A stretch of 64,000 bases of DNA from Macrostomum lignano (Eukaryota), in assembly GCA_002269645.1 (NCBI GenBank), contig NIVC01001509.1, forward strand, positions 212,468 to 276,467, in the 5' to 3' direction. Shown here in pieces: positions 27,386-40,558 of this stretch. The number at the start of each line of letters is the position of its first letter. Position 1 is the stretch's first letter. Under the pieces are notes generated by a model. That model did no database searches and was not told where the DNA came from. It was given only the letters and a program-made list of their open reading frames with translations. The translations under genes were made by a program, and so were the position numbers.

Positions 27386-28153
27386 CTTAGACAGACACTA
27401 AGACAGACACTAAGACAGACAAACACTTAGACAGACACTAAGACAGACAGACAGACAGACAGACACTAAGACAGACACTAAGACAGACACTAAGACAGAC
27501 ACTAAGACAGACCAACACTTAGACAGACACTAAGACAGACACTAAGACAGACACTAAGACAGACAGACAGACAGACAAACACTTAGACAGACACTAAGAC
27601 AGACACTAAGACAGACAAACACTTAGACAGACAAACACTTAGACAGACACCAAGACAGACAGACAGACAGACAAACACTAAGACAGACACTAAGACAGAC
27701 ACTAAGACAGACACTAAGACAGACACTAAGACAGACCAACACTTAGACAGACACTAAGACAGACACTAAGACAGACACTAAGACAGACAGACAGACAAAC
27801 ACTTAGACAGACACTAAGACAGACACTAAGACAGACAGACAGACACTAAGACAGACACTAAGACAGACAGACAGACACTAAGACAGACAGACAGACACTA
27901 AGACAGACAGACAGACAGACACTAAGACAGACAGACAGACAGAAAAACACTAAGACAGACACTAAGACAGACACTAAGACAGACAGACAGACAAACACTT
28001 AGACAGACACTAAGACAGACACTAAGACAGACACTAAGACAGACACTAAGACAGACAGACAGACAGACACTAAGACAGACAGACAGACACTAAGGCAGAC
28101 AGACAGACACTAAGGCAGACAGACAGACACTAAGACAGACAGACAGACACTAA
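27186..28153. repeat. (CAGA)n / AGACAGACACTA composite microsatellite
   Basis: Direct. Confidence 0.92.
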
Positions 28154-28786
28154 GACAGACAGACAGACAGACACGGAGTTGAAAAAGCCACACAGGAAAT
28201 TCCCCGTCGCACCAAATGCACTACTCAGTTAGTAGAAGGCTTGGCTAGAAGGAGAATAATTTGTAATTTTAGTTAGGAAATCACTTATTCATCAAGAGTA
28301 ATTATGAAACTATTATTTAAAAAAACTGGAGTACAATTTACTGATAGAAAACTCATAAGTGTTTCATTAATACAGTTTACTTATAATTGACCAAACAAGA
28401 GCACAGCTCACAGCTGACTGACCTTGTCAATTAAAAACTATTTTAAAGATTTAAAAAGACAATTAAAATTTGCATTGCAATCCATAGTATACAAAAAACA
28501 ACAAAATTACAAAACGAGACAATTACAAACCAGTCAATCAGCAGGAATATAACTAAGCTAGAATATTTATCAAAAAGCGATCAGATTACTTGAATATAAC
28601 TACAAAGCAAGATTATTGCAAGTTGAGAATTTTTCTGAGTAACTGTCTACTTTTAAGTAGTAGGCCTCTTGAATGGCACGCAAGTTTAGACAACTATTGT
28701 ATATAATCTGACAATATCCGTTAGCGATTATTCAATGATTAACATCAACCTCTATAACTCTATAACCCCTATAACCTCTATAATGA

Positions 28787-30258
28787 TTGGGGTGCACACC
28801 GAGTGACACATCCTTATTCTATGAACAGGGATTGGGGTGCACACCGAGTGACACATCCCGATTTTATGAACAGGGATTGGGGTGCACACCGAGTGACACA
28901 TTCCTATTCTATGAACAGGGATTGGGGTGTACATCGAGTGACACATTCCTATTATATGAACAGGGATTGGGGTGTACATCGAGTGACACATTCCTATTCT
29001 ATGAACAGGGATTGGGGTGTACATCGAGTGACACATTCCTATTCTATGAACAGGGATTGGGGTGTACACCGAGTGACACATTCCTATTCTATGAACAGGG
29101 ATTGGGGTGTACACCGAGTGACACATTCCTATTCTATGAACAGGGATTGGGGTGTACATCGAGTGACACATTCCTATTCTATGAACAGGGATTGGGGTGC
29201 ACACCGAGTGACACATTCCTATTCTATGAACAGGGATTGGGGTGTACATCGAGTGACACATTCCTATTCTATGAACAGGGATTGGGGTGCACACCGAGTG
29301 ACACATTCCTATTCTATGAACAGGGATTGGGGTGTACACCGAGTGACACATTCCTATTCTATGAACAGGGATTGGGGTGTACACCGAGTGACACATTCCT
29401 ATTCTATGAACAGGGATTGGGGTGAACACCGAGTGACACATTCCTATTCTATGAACAGGGATTGGGGTGTACACCGAGTGACACATTCCTATTCTATGAA
29501 CAGGGATTGGGGTGTACACCGAGTGACACATTCCTATTCTATGAACAGGGATTGGGGTGTACACCGAGTGACACATTCCTATTCTATGAACAGGGATTGG
29601 GGTGTACACCGAGTGACACATTCCTATTCTATGAACAGGGATTGGGGTGTACATCGAGTGACACATTCATATTCTATGAACAGGGATTGGGGTGTACATC
29701 GAGTGACACATCCCGATTTTATGAACAGGGATTGGGGTGTACACCGAGTGACACATTCCTATTCTATGAACAGGGATTGGGGTGTACATCGAGTGACACA
29801 TTCATATTCTATGAACAGGGATTGGGGTGTACACCGAGTGACACATTCCTATTCTATGAACAGGGATTGGGGTGTACATCGAGTGACACATTCCTATTCT
29901 ATGAACAGGGATTGGGGTGTACATCGAGTGACACATCCCGATTTTATGAACAGGGATTGGGGTGTACATCGAATGACACATCCCGATTTTATGAACAGGG
30001 ATTGGGGTGTACATCGATTGACACATCCCGATTCTATGAACAGGGATTGGGGTGTACATCGAATGACACATCCCGATTTTATGAACAGGGATTGGGTGTA
30101 CATCGATTGACACATCCCGATTCTATGAACAGGGATTGGGGTGTACATCGAGTGACACATCCCGATTTTATGAACAGGGATTGGGGTGTACATCGAGTGA
30201 CACATCCTGATTTTATGAACAGGGATTGGGGTGTACATCGAATGACACATCCCGATTC
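28787..30258. repeat. 45-bp minisatellite (ATTGGGGTGTACACCGAGTGACACATTCCTATTCTATGAACAGGG), about 33 copies
   Basis: Direct. Confidence 0.95.
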
Positions 30259-30628
30259 TATTCCGAGAGAAACTTGAATGATAGTTTCACAGCAAAAGGA
30301 CTAAACCGATAAACTCACACGTTTCGTTGCAAATTATTGTCATTAACTAGTCAGTAAATTGTCCTAGGCAGCAAAATTCGAGTCAATGAAAGAAAGAGTT
30401 GGATTTGGAAGAGAGTATTCAACACTGCTGATAAAAGCAATCATCAACAGCGGAAGGAACAGTTTTACACGCAATAAAAATTCAAAACTGCTAATCGCAA
30501 CGGGATAATCAGAATGTGAGCTAAGCGTAAATCAATCAATACTACTATTCGTAAAAGTAGTAATGTAACTAACGTTTTTATAGAACACAAATACCAAAAT
30601 AACTAAATGGGCCACTCAGGCATAAGTA

Positions 30629-31019
30629 CAGGGTGTCCCACAAGTAACTCTACAACTTGTTTCGTGAATAACTTTGTGATTAATGCTTGGATCCCCACCA
30701 GATTCCAGCATAGGAAAATATATAGAAAAGGGATTTCCTGACACCAAAAGCATGTTCATACGTTAAAAAATACAGTCCGTTCAGGGTCCTTCGATGTGGC
30801 CACCGCCGTTTGTAAGGCAGGCCTCCAGCCGCCGCGGAAAGTCCAGCAGGGCTTTGGTAAGCGTCTCAGGCGAAATCTGGGCCTGATATGAACATGCTTT
30901 TGGTGTCAAAAAAATCCCCCTTCTATATATTTTCCTATGCTAAAATCTGGTTGGGATCCAAGCATTCATCACAAAGCTATTCACGAAACAAGTTGTAAAG
31001 TTACTCATGGGACACCCTG
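30629..31019 (-). mobile_element. Tc1/mariner internal-deletion derivative (391 bp) with ~132-bp inverted ends and TA TSD
   Basis: TA|CAGGGTGTCCCA ... GGGACACCCTG|TA. The interior encodes a transposase C-terminus, ISPETLTKALLDFPRRLEACLTNGGGHIEGP*. Confidence 0.85.
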
Positions 31020-31041
31020 TACTTAGTAAAACAGCTTTCTA

Positions 31042-31372
31042 CTTTCAGTTCAGTAGCAAGGAAGAATACATAAGCTATTTTATAAAAATAAAGGCAGCTA
31101 AAATGACTTTGATAAGTTTAGAAGCCCCAAGCTTGCAGGCGTAAACAGCTTGCTAATTGGTTCAGCAATAATGTACATTGGCCAGTCCACTGAAATGTAC
31201 ATGGCAGCTTTAGGCTGGAATTCCGAGAAAGGCAATAAAAATTGGGGTGGGGCGGGGGCAGTGTGGAAAGGCGCGGTTGGAGGGTTTAAGCTGGGGGTAA
31301 GAGCCAATAAATGAGCCTTGGCTTTAAAAATGCATTAAAATGCTTCAGTTTAACTTACTACTGAACTGAAAG
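31042..31372. mobile_element. MITE with ~19-bp TIRs (CTTTCAGTTCAGTAG...) and TA TSD
   Basis: cTA|CTTTCAGTTCAGTAGCAAG ... CTTACTACTGAACTGAAAG|TAg. Confidence 0.55.
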
Positions 31373-31534
31373 TAGCTTGCACGCAAATGTGCTGAGTGGC
31401 CCATCCAGCCATTCTAGTATCTGTGTATAAGATTTTAGGCTGCAATATAGCTAGTTTTAAAATAAAACAATACATTATTGCCTACTAACAAGTAGCAAAA
31501 CAAGAGTATTATGAAGCCAAGTTAGTAGAACTGC

Positions 31535-34500
31535 TTAACCGGCCCCACCAGATAATTTCTTGATAACGCCGAGGCCCTGCTCCTGATACTCTTGGCGACT
31601 GATCCAGAACTTGTCGTCGTGGTCTTTCATTATATCGGCCAGTATAGCGCCGCCCAGGAACACCATGTGCTTGCGCCGGGGCGGGTCCTCTATGCGGATT
31701 TTGAACTTGCCCAGCCGGTCAGTGTCGCCTTTTAGTACCTTTGCAAATGGCATTGTGAAATATGCGTACTCTCTCTTAAATGTCTTCTCTCATCTATACA
31801 GCTTACCCTCTGATCTATACAGCTCACCCTCTGATCTATACAGCTTACCCTCTGATCTATACAGCTCACCCTCTGATCTATACAGCTTACCCTCTGATCT
31901 ATACAGTTCACCTACTGATCTATACAGCTCACCTTCTGATTTCTACAGCTCACCCTCTGATCTATACAGCTCACCGTCTGATCTATACAGCTTACCCTCT
32001 GATCTATACAGCTCACCTTCTGATCTATACAGCTCACCCTCTGATATATACAGCTTACCCTCTGATCTATACAGCTTACCCTCTGATCTATACAGCTCAC
32101 CCTCTGATCTATACAGCTCACCCTCTGATCTATACAGCTCACCCTCTGATCTATACAGCTCACCCTCTGATCTATACAGCTCACCTTCTGATCTATACAG
32201 CTCACCTTCTGATCTATAGATCTCCCACTCTGATCTATAGATCTCCCACTCTGATCTATAGATCTCCCACTCTGATCTATAGATCTCCCACTCTGATCTA
32301 TACAGCTTACCCTCTAATCTCTAAATCTCTCACTCTGATATCTACATCTCCCACTCTGATCTGTAAATCTCCCTCTCCGACCCTCCAGCTCACCTGTTCC
32401 AAGTACAGCTGCTTCATCTCCCGCTCCAGCCTGCTGGGCAGACCCGGATACATGGTGGTGCCACCTGACAGCACAATCTTCTTATAGAACTCAGGTCTGA
32501 TATCCATGTCGGCCTGCTGGATGGTGTTAAACAGCAGTTCGGCCACGCCTACTCCGTCAACATCGACCAGATGAGGCTGGAACAGAGCCTCTGGCGCTTG
32601 GAAACGCTCGCCGCTCACCTGATTGATGGGGTGAGGGAGAGGTGGCGGAGACATAGTCAGACAATATGAACAAACCTGACACTGACACAGTGCCTGTCAG
32701 ACAATACAAGCAAACCTGACACTGACACAGTGACTGTCAGACAATATGAACAAACCTGACACTGACACAGTGACTGTCAGACAATATGAACAAACCTGAC
32801 ACTGACACAGTGCCTGTCAGACAATATGAACAAACCTGACACTGACACAGTGCCTGTCAGACAATACAAGCAAACCTGACACTGACACAGTGCCTGTCAG
32901 ACAATATGAACAAACCTGACACTGACACAGTGCCTGTCAGACAATACAAGCAAACCTGACACTGACACAGTGACTGTCAGACAATATGAACAAACCTGAC
33001 ACTGACACAGTGACTGTCAGACAATATGAACAAACCTGACACTGACACAGTGCCTGTCAGACAATATGAACAAACCTGACACTGACACAGTGCCTGTCAG
33101 ACAATACAAGCAAACCTGACACTGACACAGTGCCTGTCAGACAATATGAACAAACCTGACACTGACACAGTGCCTGTCAGACAATACAAGCAAACCTGAC
33201 ACTGACACAGTGACTGTCAGACAATATGAACAAACCTGACACTGACACAGTGACTGTCAGACAATATGAACAAACCTGACACTGACACAGTGCCTGTCAG
33301 ACAATATGAACAAACCTGACACTGACACAGTGCCTGTCAGACAATACAAGCAAACCTGACACTGACACAGTGCCTGTCAGACAATACTCGATGAGCTAAT
33401 GAAACTCACCTTGATAACTCGACCGTCCGGCAGGGTGTACTTCTCTACTAGCACGGTGGTCTCGAGAGCCAGCCGCTCCTCCTGAGCAACATCGTAGGCC
33501 ACGTAGCAGAGCCGCTCCTTGAGCTGTCGGATGGTCTCAAAATCTGCGCTAGCATTGAAAGCGTAGCCCCTGAGCAGCAGCAGCTTAATGAGGTAGCGGG
33601 TGATGTCCCGGCCGGCGATGTTTAATCGTTTAGTGAGGTGCGGCAGAGCGAAGCCGTCGTACACAGGGCAGATGTGCGTGACGCCGTCGCCTGAGTCAAC
33701 AACAACGCCTGTTAGAAGGCCCTGTGAGGTGTTGTTGTGTTTAACGATTACAATCAAACTGTGTATGTATTTTAAAGCATTGCTCCTATTATAGGAATAT
33801 CAGGGCTAGTAGGATAGATCCTGGGATAGTCGGAATCCTTGGGATTTAGAAATCTAATTAATAGGAAATGGTGTGATGGGAGAATTCTGGGATTGGGAAT
33901 ATTGGGATTAGGGAATCCGGGATTGTGGAATCCAGGGATTGGAGAATCCAGGGATTGGAGAATCCAGGGATTGGGGAATCCTGGGATTGGGGAATCCTGG
34001 GATTGGGGAATCCTGGGATTGGGGAATCCTGGGATTGGGGAATCCAGGGATTGGGGAATCCTGGTATTTGGGAATCCTGGTATTTGGGAATCCAGGGATT
34101 AGGTAATCCGGGATTGGGGAATCCAAGGATTGGGGAATCCAGGGATTGGAGAATCCAGGGATTAGAGAATCCAGGGATTGGAGAATCCAGGGATTGGGGA
34201 ATTTAGGGATTGGGGAATCCTGGGATTGGGGAATCCTGGGATTGGGGAATCCTGGGATTGGGGAATCCAGGGATTGGGGAATCCTGGGATTGGGGAATCC
34301 TGGGATTGGGGAATCCAGGTATTGGGGAATCCTGGAATTGGGGAATCCTGGAATTGGGGAATCCTGGGATTGGGGAATCCTGGGATTGGGGAATCCTGGG
34401 ATTGGGAGAATCGTCTGAGAGCGGTATGGCTCAAAGGAGCCGTTACTCCCACCGTTTGGGAGTATCCGTTTGAACCAATATAGCCTACCTGAGCGTAAAG

Positions 34501-34935
34501 AGTCAGGACAGCTTGAATCGCAACGTACACGCCAGAAAAGTTGTACTTTTCAAACATGGCTTCAATCATTCGCTCGCGATTCTTAGCCGGATTCATCGGC
34601 GGCTCAGTCAGGAGGATCTTTGTGTTCTGACAGTCTAAGTTCATCTTTTTCGGCCCGAACGTGTAATCATAAAGGTGGAGCATGTCTGTCCAGTTGCTCA
34701 CAATGCCATTCTCCATTGGATAATTAACTTGTAGCATTTGGCGAACCTCGGCCGCCTCGTCACCAATCATGAGGTCGCGAACTTCAACGTCGCCAATGCG
34801 AGAGCTGCTTCTTAGAATCGGCCGGCCGACTAGCGAGGGGAAAATGTGCTCGGGGTAGTTGGCCCCGGCCCGGCCGCACTTCACAAATCCTGTGCCATTG
34901 TCGCACACAACCACATGACGGCCCTTGCTGTCCAT
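31535..34935 (-). CDS. ACTR2: Actin-related protein 2; exons 34935-34489, 33721-33410, 32618-32394, 31738-31535 (395 aa)
   Basis: [61 protein letters not shown] are Arp2 signatures. All three introns are GT-AG phase 0. Confidence 0.96.
31795..32365. repeat. 21-bp minisatellite in Arp2 intron 3 (TGATCTATACAGCTCACCCTC)
   Basis: Direct. Confidence 0.9.
32657..33385. repeat. 40-bp minisatellite in Arp2 intron 2, about 18 copies
   Basis: Direct. Confidence 0.92.
33885..34408. repeat. 16-bp minisatellite in Arp2 intron 1 (CTGGGATTGGGGAATC)
   Basis: Direct. Confidence 0.92.
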
Positions 34936-37822
34936 TGGCTCGAATGCTTATGCGTTATGCTTTAAATGTGGAAATAAGATTTACAAAGTTAACACTATGT
35001 ACACTTACTTGAGTTGCAGTAAAGTCAATATGCCAATTTGGAAGAAGGCAATTGAGACATAGGCTAAATACTTAACCTAATTAAGTACATTACATTTTTT
35101 CCTGTGCATGAATATTTGTACACATTTTTCTTTGAACATTTCCTAAATTGAAAACCAGACATGCATCTATCACAAAACAATTTAATTAATTAATTTATAT
35201 AATTTATTAACTATTTACTTTGAATTGGAATCAGAAAGTTGACAATCTAAATACCAAATAGTTACTTTGATGTGGGGCGAAGATTTGGAACAAGAGTTGA
35301 ATATTAGTGTTGTGGCTTATAAAAAAGGAAAAAAATTAGGGATAAATAGGAATCAAAAAATTAGAGACTAGGAAGTTTGCATTTGAAAAGTTTAGTGTTA
35401 GGGTTAGGGGTTATGGGCTTGTAGCTCATAAATGAGGGAGGGAATTAAGGATAGGAAAATATGTGGCATATCTTGAGGAAAAGCAGGGGTGCTTGAGCAG
35501 TAGCAAGCATATTGTGCTCAGATTGAGGCTTTGAGGCTTTAGGAAGAATTGGAGCATTAAGAATCAAGTTTATGGAACATGGATTTTAGGTGTGCTAATT
35601 TCTACAAACTTGAAAAGATGGGGTTGGCATCTGGTCTAAGTGCATTTCATTGGATAAGAAGATGCAAGCCTAGTGGTAGAAGGCTACTAAAAAGGAATAG
35701 GGCTAGAAATTAAATACCATGTACTTCAAACAATGAATATAAACCTAGCTAGACATATCCACACACATTCAACCATAGTAAGTTAGGTATATTTTAGACT
35801 GAAATATTTGTGACCACAAATGAAATCAATTGCAAAATCTGCATTGTCCACTATACTATTAAAGTTGGCAACTTTGTTGGTTGGTTAAAATCATATTTTC
35901 TCTATGCTCTATATGAGCATTGAGCACTAATATTATTTACCAATTTAATTGCTCCAATGATCAGAACAGCTCCTATGTGGCAAAAACTAGAAGGCACCTA
36001 CACACCATAGTCCCAAGTATACACCATGCATGCAAGAATATATTTTGCTTGGCATACTGCACATGGGAGGGTTGGATCTAATCAACCTAGTGTGTGCCAA
36101 TAGACTGGTAGACTGGAGGTTACAATATGCATGCACAAGGCTACAATAATTTTTTAATGTTGGAAAAAGCATTCAAAACTTTAAAACAAGACAGTGCAGA
36201 TAAACAACACTTTAGAACTGCCTAAGAATAGGTCCTTGTTGCATATAAGAATTTCCTCTCAAAAATAGCATCTTTGGGAATATGGCCAATACTACACTAG
36301 AATTAGGGAGCATTAGTTCAAACCATTGGCAATCTAAATCCATCTCTTAGAATGCAATATTTGCTTTAACTATAAACCTGAGAAATGATTTAAAGTCATT
36401 GACCACATTGCTTATTTGACTTTAAAACTTCAGATTTAAAAAATACTATATAGTTTTTTCATCACAAATTATAACCATTAGCATAGTTTATGCTCTACTA
36501 TATGTTAGTTGTTTTAGAATTTAAAAGCAGCTATGTGAAAAATATAGAACTAAAAGTTTGTCACAGATTGCTTTTTGCAACCTTGTTCTATCTATTATGG
36601 TTCAAAATTTATAAGTGTAAAGTGCTTAAAGTTCAAAAACATGATAAGATCCTCTTGTATTCATAACCTATTTGCCCTATTGGAATAAGTTTTCAGACAC
36701 TGTGGACAGTGCATCTAGTGCGCCATGGCAATCATAAAGTGGCCTGGACGGTGCGTCATGACAATCTTCAAATCCTAAGGTGGTATGGACGATGTGTCAT
36801 TCAAATCTTCAAATCCTAGGGTGCCATAGCACTCTAGGTTTAGGTGATATTGTGCATGACTCCAGTCTCTATCATGTTCATTCTGATGATGCATCACTCG
36901 TTTTTGAGAGATTTAAAGAGATTGAGAGAAAGTTGTGTGTTTTACCGCACTTGTGTTTTACTGCACTCTGTTCTGTACTGTACTTCTGCCCCCTTCTGTT
37001 GTAGTTGTATCTATTTCTTAATTCTTAGTCTACTCGTCTTTTGACTTACAAAGTTACATTGTTGGTCTATTCAAAGAAAAATAAATAATGTAAATAGTGT
37101 GGCAATTGCATCAGTGAGTACTTAAAATAATTACGAACACTGAAACCCTTTACTTCAATTTGGCTAATCGCTATTACTAAACACAAAATATTATATCAGT
37201 ATGTACTACGTACAGTGTGCTTGAGTAACTGCTTAAGACATTCTCTGGACATAAGCAGTTGTACATGAGATGGATTCATCGTATGTGCACGTGCAATAGG
37301 AGTAAAATAGTGGGGGTAAATGTACGTGCAACTGCTTAAGGCAGAGGCGCAGTATATATAATTCAATATTTGGGGTGCATGCATGGCTGTCGCTGTCTGA
37401 CAGACGCAAGCTTAAGACACAGACGTATGCTTACATAACACTACAGTACTGGAGTTGTAAGTAACATCGGTACATGGGCAATACAGCAACCACAGGGCAT
37501 CAGCAAAAGATTCAGCATGACAGCATGATCATAAGGGAGACTATGTTACTTGAAGACAGTCTTGAGTTGAAGGATATTTAATAGTAATAACTTGTGTCTA
37601 GTCTATATGATAATATGAATGTAGAGATGGATTGAAACTGGTTTTTCAATCTAGTTGGTCTCTTTAATAGTCCTAAATCCTCATGCTTCCTATGTGGCAT
37701 CTCTATACTTCTCTTTCTCCAGACATACGAAACTCTTCATCCCTAGACATGAGACATAATGAATGAATGAATGAAATGAAAAAAATAGAAGTTTGTCTAT
37801 AGCCTTAGCCTTTGCAACTCTA

Positions 37823-39846
37823 CTACTTCAGCAAGAGTCGCCCAGTCTCCGACTTCTTGCGCATTAGCACAGGCAGTTTTGCCTTCCGCTTCATTCCCCG
37901 TTGGCGGTAAACATTGTGCTGCCGCAGCCATAGACGGGCTATTTTCTTTACTGTTACAGGCATTGACGACACGCTAGGCGGAATGTGCCAGGAAAGCCTC
38001 GTTCTGAGCTCTAATGTCTCATCCGCCTGAAGTGCGCCCTGCATTCGCTGCCGATCCATGCTGGTGTACAGGCTTTCGACAATGGCTTCGGGGCAGCCTT
38101 TTGCCAAAGCCCAGTCGAGCAAGGCGCAGAGAGCGTTGCCGAACATGCCATACAGCCTACGATCGCTGTACATTGCAGCAAGAAAGTTTTTCTCGCAAGG
38201 AAATATGGTGAGCGGACCAGTTCCCGCGTCAATGGAGAACTTTCCCTGCTCGCTTGCATGACTGTTCATGGACAGCAGTCGGCCCTCGGGGCAATCGGCG
38301 CCAAAAATTATTCGGCGACAGTGCAAGGAGTCTGCGTCGGCACCCCAAACAATGCTACGAATCGTGTCACGCCAGACAGCATGCAATTCGTTGCTAGTCA
38401 AATCGCCAAACAGTTTCTCTAGAGACGGACGCGTTCTCGCAGCTTCAAAGGCCAAATGAAACGCCTGCTGACCATGTAGAACGAAGGCGTGTTCATGTCG
38501 CAGAAGGACTTGATAATTTGCACCGGTTTTGCGTACACGGCCACAAAGAGCGCCAATATAGCCCGTTATGTTAAAAGCTGTGTTCAACAGGTTTATTGGT
38601 CTCGACACAGCGACGGAGCTTCGCCGGCTTAAAGCGCTGATCAGCATGGTGACAAAACTGCGAGCCGAAGCCACCGCCGTTTGCAACGTCATCTCAGCAG
38701 CCGCACCCTCATCCTGCTGGTCCAAGTCATGGGGTTCGTCTTCGTCATCTTCGGCTTCCTCATCGGCAACTTTTGCCAGCTCTGTTAGCGTGAAGGGGAA
38801 CGAAGCCGATGGGCTAAGCGAAACCTCGCGGAAAAGCCCTTTCTCAATGTCGTCCCATCTTGCTGACAGAAGTGGCAGACAGCCGGCAGACTCCCTGACT
38901 ACTCTAGCGACAGTCTCTGAAGATGTTCGTAAAGCTTGCTCTAGCGCTAGCAGGCTGCGACGCATCACATCCAGTTGCATTGACAAATTGGTCACTTCGT
39001 CAACGATTTGCCAAGCGGGCAGCTGAAGGTTTTGGCTGCGGAGCATGACAGCACAGAACATGCGCAGCACATCGTATGCAACTAGGAGCTCTACGATGAA
39101 CGGAACAGACTGGAGAAACTCCAAGAATTCCCGGTCCATACGTCGTAAACTCGAACGATTTTGCGCTAATGTCTCCAACCAAATTGCCAGTTCGGTGACG
39201 GTCTTCTTCACCATTGCAAAACTGGATGATGTAAATCTGGTAGAACTGAACGACTGGGTTTTTAGAGCAGGCCGATTCTCCATCATCGCAGCTACTTGGT
39301 CGGCTGCCACCGTCAGCTTGCCCTGCTGAATCTTTCTGTGCAGCCAGTTCATTGCCTTCACAAGTCGTAAAACAGTTCCGCTCTGCTTTTTTACATCACG
39401 GAAAACAAGATCCAACCAATGGGCTGGGTCCCAGACGACTCCAAAGAATTCTCCGTCAACATCAACACCATCCTGCTGCTCAACGCTCGCACTCGGCAAC
39501 TCGCTATCGCTGAGGTCTGCCTGGATGGCCTGCTTCAATGTGACAGCAAAGCCTTCCACTTGGTACTGCCCATCAGCTGTAATGCCTGCACAACGGGACA
39601 GACTCGTTCCAGCATTATGAGCTGCCTGAGATGCAGACCTGGTGTAGAGAAAGAAGATAATTATTACAAATTCTGGTTTCGTAACATGCAATTTAATATC
39701 GATTGATTTCTTTGGATTGATATACATGCAATAGGTAAATCGCTTACATAGCGAGAGCTTTTGCCTGACCCCCAGAGAGGCGATAATCCGCAGGGTGATA
39801 AACACCCGGCGCACCGGTGTTTTTTTTGTATGCAACAAATATTAAG
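37823..39846 (-). mobile_element. hAT-like DDE transposase gene, 5'-incomplete; main exon 39638-37823 plus upstream exon 39846-39748
   Basis: Open ~605-codon exon with GITADGQY (acidic catalytic position), WDPAHWLDL (C/DxxH), STRF (hAT RW-like) and CPEAIVESLYTSM (catalytic E region). Phase-2 GT-AG intron. Element ends were not found. Confidence 0.72.
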
Positions 39847-40558
39847 CTAATTAATGAAATAACAATGACAACAGTTAATACAAAATGAAGAAACTCCGTG
39901 ATGAACAACACAGAGTTCACGAACAAACAAAATTGTCTTTGCCTTATCCACACACTTTTTCAGTAGTAGTTGTAGCACTTTGGCTCGGGTCGGGTTATCA
40001 AATCTGATAACTATTTAGCATGGTGTTTCGAAGAATATTTTCACATTTAAATGTCAGCATAAATAAATGTACGCGCAACCAATCAAAAAGATAATTAAAC
40101 AAAGCAGAAAATTTGTTGAGACTTTTAATAGAATTTAGTTTACTTTTTTATTTCTTGCAACTGCGTTATAAGAGAACATTAAGAGCAATTAGCATTTGGC
40201 ACTATGTTATAATGTTTATGAGGCAATAAAGAACATTTCTGCTACGATCTTTCAACTACAATTTCCAATTTTACGATTAACTTGCATGCATATCTAGATG
40301 ACACAGCAATCAATACATATGATAGGAGATATGCTATACTATAGCCCATAGCAATATTATCAAAGTTATAGAAATTAGAAAAACAAGTTTTACTTACAGT
40401 TTGCTGAATTTCCACCATGCTGCTGACTTTCTCCTGTGCATGCTTCTCATCCTTGTTCAGCAGCGCTGTATGTAGCGCGTGATGTCCTCCTTGCATCTTA
40501 CCTGTGAGCTGCTGTGCGTCATGGCGCATGGCGCGCGTAGCGCGCCATGCGCCATGAC

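Noticed and set aside
28752-30277. Repetitive ORFs up to 435 aa
   Set aside because: 45-bp array translated in several frames.
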